Assembly: GCF_006376685.1 (NCBI RefSeq)
Contig: NZ_VEWL01000001.1
Span: forward strand, 351,869-375,868
Length of the DNA: 24,000 nucleotides
Direction: 5' to 3'
Origin: Ochrobactrum teleogrylli
GTDB taxonomy: Bacteria > Pseudomonadota > Alphaproteobacteria > Rhizobiales > Rhizobiaceae
In this document: positions 22,491 through 24,000 of the stretch, one piece after another
How positions within the stretch are numbered: position 1 is the first letter of the stretch
Layout: every line of letters begins with the position of its first letter
Translations under genes and position numbers: made by a program
Notes under the pieces: generated by a model
Told to the model about the DNA's origin: nothing
The model's input: the letters and a program-made list of their open reading frames with translations, nothing else
The model's database searches: none

Positions 22491-24000
22491 TTACGGATGA
22501 ACTCCAGTGGGCTGCCGTTGATCAGGGTTGTGGCGTCGAGAAGGGCGCGCGGTGTTTCCAGTCCGCCGGGGCAGACCATGTAATGCGGGGTCCAGACAGG
22601 ATCGAATTTTTCCTTGAAGGCTTTCAATCCGTCGAAATGATAGAGGTCCGCACCGCGCTTGTAGATGAAGGAGCCGAGCCGGTTCCAGCGCGAGGCGAGC
22701 CTGCTGCCGCTCAGTCCGGCAAGCGGGGCCGCGCCGAGATTGAACCACTGGTAGCCTTCGTTTTTGCTATACATGAGCAGCTTGGCGAAAAGCGCATCCA
22801 TCAGCAGCTTGTGCACATTGGGCATATAGCGCATCAGGTCCACGGTGATCTCGTATTTGTTTGCGCCGCGCCACAGATTGGCAAAGGCCACGATCTCGCC
22901 TTCGCTTTTCAGCACGGCGACATCGAAGCGCTGCATATAGTCGTCGTCAAAATAGCCGAGCGAAAATCCCTTTTCGCTGCCTGACTTGAAATCGAGCCAG
23001 GCGTCGGAAATTTCACGCAGGCGCGGGAGGGTCGGTGGAATGTCAGCGGCCCGAATAATTTCGAAGGTGAGGCCGTCCTTGTCGACCTTGCGGTCGGCAT
23101 AGCGGAATGGCTGGCGACGCGGCCCTTCCAGTGAAAAGTCCGTCAGGTTCACGCGGGCCACTTCGCCCAGTTTCAGCGCGACAAGCCCCATGTCGAGAAA
23201 CAGCGGCAGGCTTTGCGGGCCAACGCCGTAGAAAACCGTGCGCAGCGCTAATCTGTCCGCAAGCGCGTGAAACGACCATGCCGTTTCCTTGCCGGTTTCG
23301 GGGTTGCCGATCGGCTCGCCGAGCGCGATCAGGCTGCCACCGGATTGGGCATACATGATGAAGGCGCTGTTATCCGGTGCGAGCAGAAACTGCTTGTCGC
23401 CCAGCATGGCCAGCGCCGCGTCCGTATGCGGACATTCCGCCACCAGAGGAGGCACTGCTTCGGGGATTGAATAATCGACCTTTCGCCTGCGATGGCTGTT
23501 GCGGTTGATGATCGAATGCAGGCCGACAGCGGCGACCACTGCAAAAACCAGCACGGTCGCCCGCAGGAAGCGTGGCGCATTACCGCTCCATGCGAAATCC
23601 CACCACAGATCGCTCGAATATTCGACGTGCCGGTAAACGAAGAAGCCAAGCCATGTGGAAACAAGCACCGTGGTGCCGACTGTGGTGATCCAGTTCCAGC
23701 TCAGTTCGAAAGGTCCGGATATCGGGCGGCGATAGAAGGAATCACGAAAATTCCAGAGCGTTGAAGCGAAGATGCAGAGAATGACGGCTTCTTCCCAGTC
23801 GAGGCCCTTGGCGAGTGAAAACACCGCTCCGCTGAGAAGCAGCGTCATCGCCGCAACCCAAGCCCGTTCCAGACGCTTGGAAAGGCCACGCGCAACGATG
23901 AGCAGCGCGACGCCCACGAGGCTTGCCGCCAGATGCGACATTTCCATCAGGAATTCAGGCACGATGTCGGACAAAAGCTCAACGCGATAGCGCAAATTGG
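22487..24000 (-). CDS. lpiA: MprF/LpiA phosphatidylglycerol lysyltransferase, C-terminal ~500 aa. The 5' end lies beyond the window.
   Basis: TM segments are followed by the cytoplasmic aminoacyl-PG synthase domain ([40 protein letters not shown]). The frame is open to position 24000. The track start at 23995 is only an in-frame TTG. Confidence 0.88.
   Translation of the reverse strand, partial: NLRYRVELLSDIVPEFLMEMSHLAASLVGVALLIVARGLSKRLERAWVAAMTLLLSGAVFSLAKGLDWEEAVILCIFASTLWNFRDSFYRRPISGPFELSWNWITTVGTTVLVSTWLGFFVYRHVEYSSDLWWDFAWSGNAPRFLRATVLVFAVVAAVGLHSIINRNSHRRRKVDYSIPEAVPPLVAECPHTDAALAMLGDKQFLLAPDNSAFIMYAQSGGSLIALGEPIGNPETGKETAWSFHALADRLALRTVFYGVGPQSLPLFLDMGLVALKLGEVARVNLTDFSLEGPRRQPFRYADRKVDKDGLTFEIIRAADIPPTLPRLREISDAWLDFKSGSEKGFSLGYFDDDYMQRFDVAVLKSEGEIVAFANLWRGANKYEITVDLMRYMPNVHKLLMDALFAKLLMYSKNEGYQWFNLGAAPLAGLSGSRLASRWNRLGSFIYKRGADLYHFDGLKAFKEKFDPVWTPHYMVCPGGLETPRALLDATTLINGSPLEFIRK

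Noticed and set aside
21165-22583. 472-aa ORF on the plus strand
   Set aside because: It is antisense to acvB, which has a VirJ-type sequence and a signal peptide. It is a shadow ORF.
1-24000. Search for CRISPR arrays, tRNA/rRNA genes, IS elements, toxin-antitoxin or phage-defence gene pairs
   Set aside because: I found no regularly spaced repeats, cloverleaf-like or rRNA-like segments, or transposase, integrase or nuclease-like ORFs. Every sizeable ORF outside the two hypothetical genes is explained by metabolic, transport or regulatory families.

Overview
GC-rich chromosomal window. The gene content looks alphaproteobacterial and Rhizobiales-like: an lpiA(mprF)-acvB operon, and IRO-like and ICE-like iron boxes. 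This taxonomic call is inference. I saw no rRNA, tRNA, CRISPR array, transposase or integrase. Gene blocks, left to right: (1) xylB (5' part, minus strand) with an upstream LacI-family regulator. (2) A small secreted Pro/Trp/Gly-rich protein. (3) An AraC-family regulator divergent from a TonB-dependent siderophore receptor, followed by an orphan periplasmic siderophore-binding protein. (4) A minus-strand operon encoding a COG4091 (homoserine-dehydrogenase-like plus SAF, DRL/DXR-II-type) oxidoreductase and acoA-acoB-acoC-like E1alpha, E1beta and lipoyl-E2 (alpha/beta-hydrolase type). (5) A divergent galactitol-family PTS operon (IIC-IIA-IIB). (6) A SorC-family regulator. (7) A hypothetical gene. 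(8) A minus-strand operon gutM-srlA-srlE-srlB plus a fused HPr-Enzyme I. (9) A second hypothetical gene. (10) acvB and the 3' part of lpiA/mprF. The most interesting signal is blocks 4 to 8. They contain two polyol-type PTS permeases with their own HPr-EI. None of the canonical sorbitol or galactitol downstream enzymes is present. The only candidate catabolic enzymes are the DRL-like dehydrogenase and the acetoin-dehydrogenase-like thiamine/lipoyl cleavage complex. The three operons share an exact AT-rich 12-15-mer (AAACAAATGTTC core) in the same orientation upstream of each first gene, which argues for one regulon. I propose, as inference, an undescribed polyol-phosphate cleavage pathway. One candidate route is 2-C-methyl-D-erythritol -> MEP -> DXP -> acetyl-CoA + GAP. 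Another is a deoxy-alditol route. Many long ORFs in the track are antisense shadows of these genes and were rejected.
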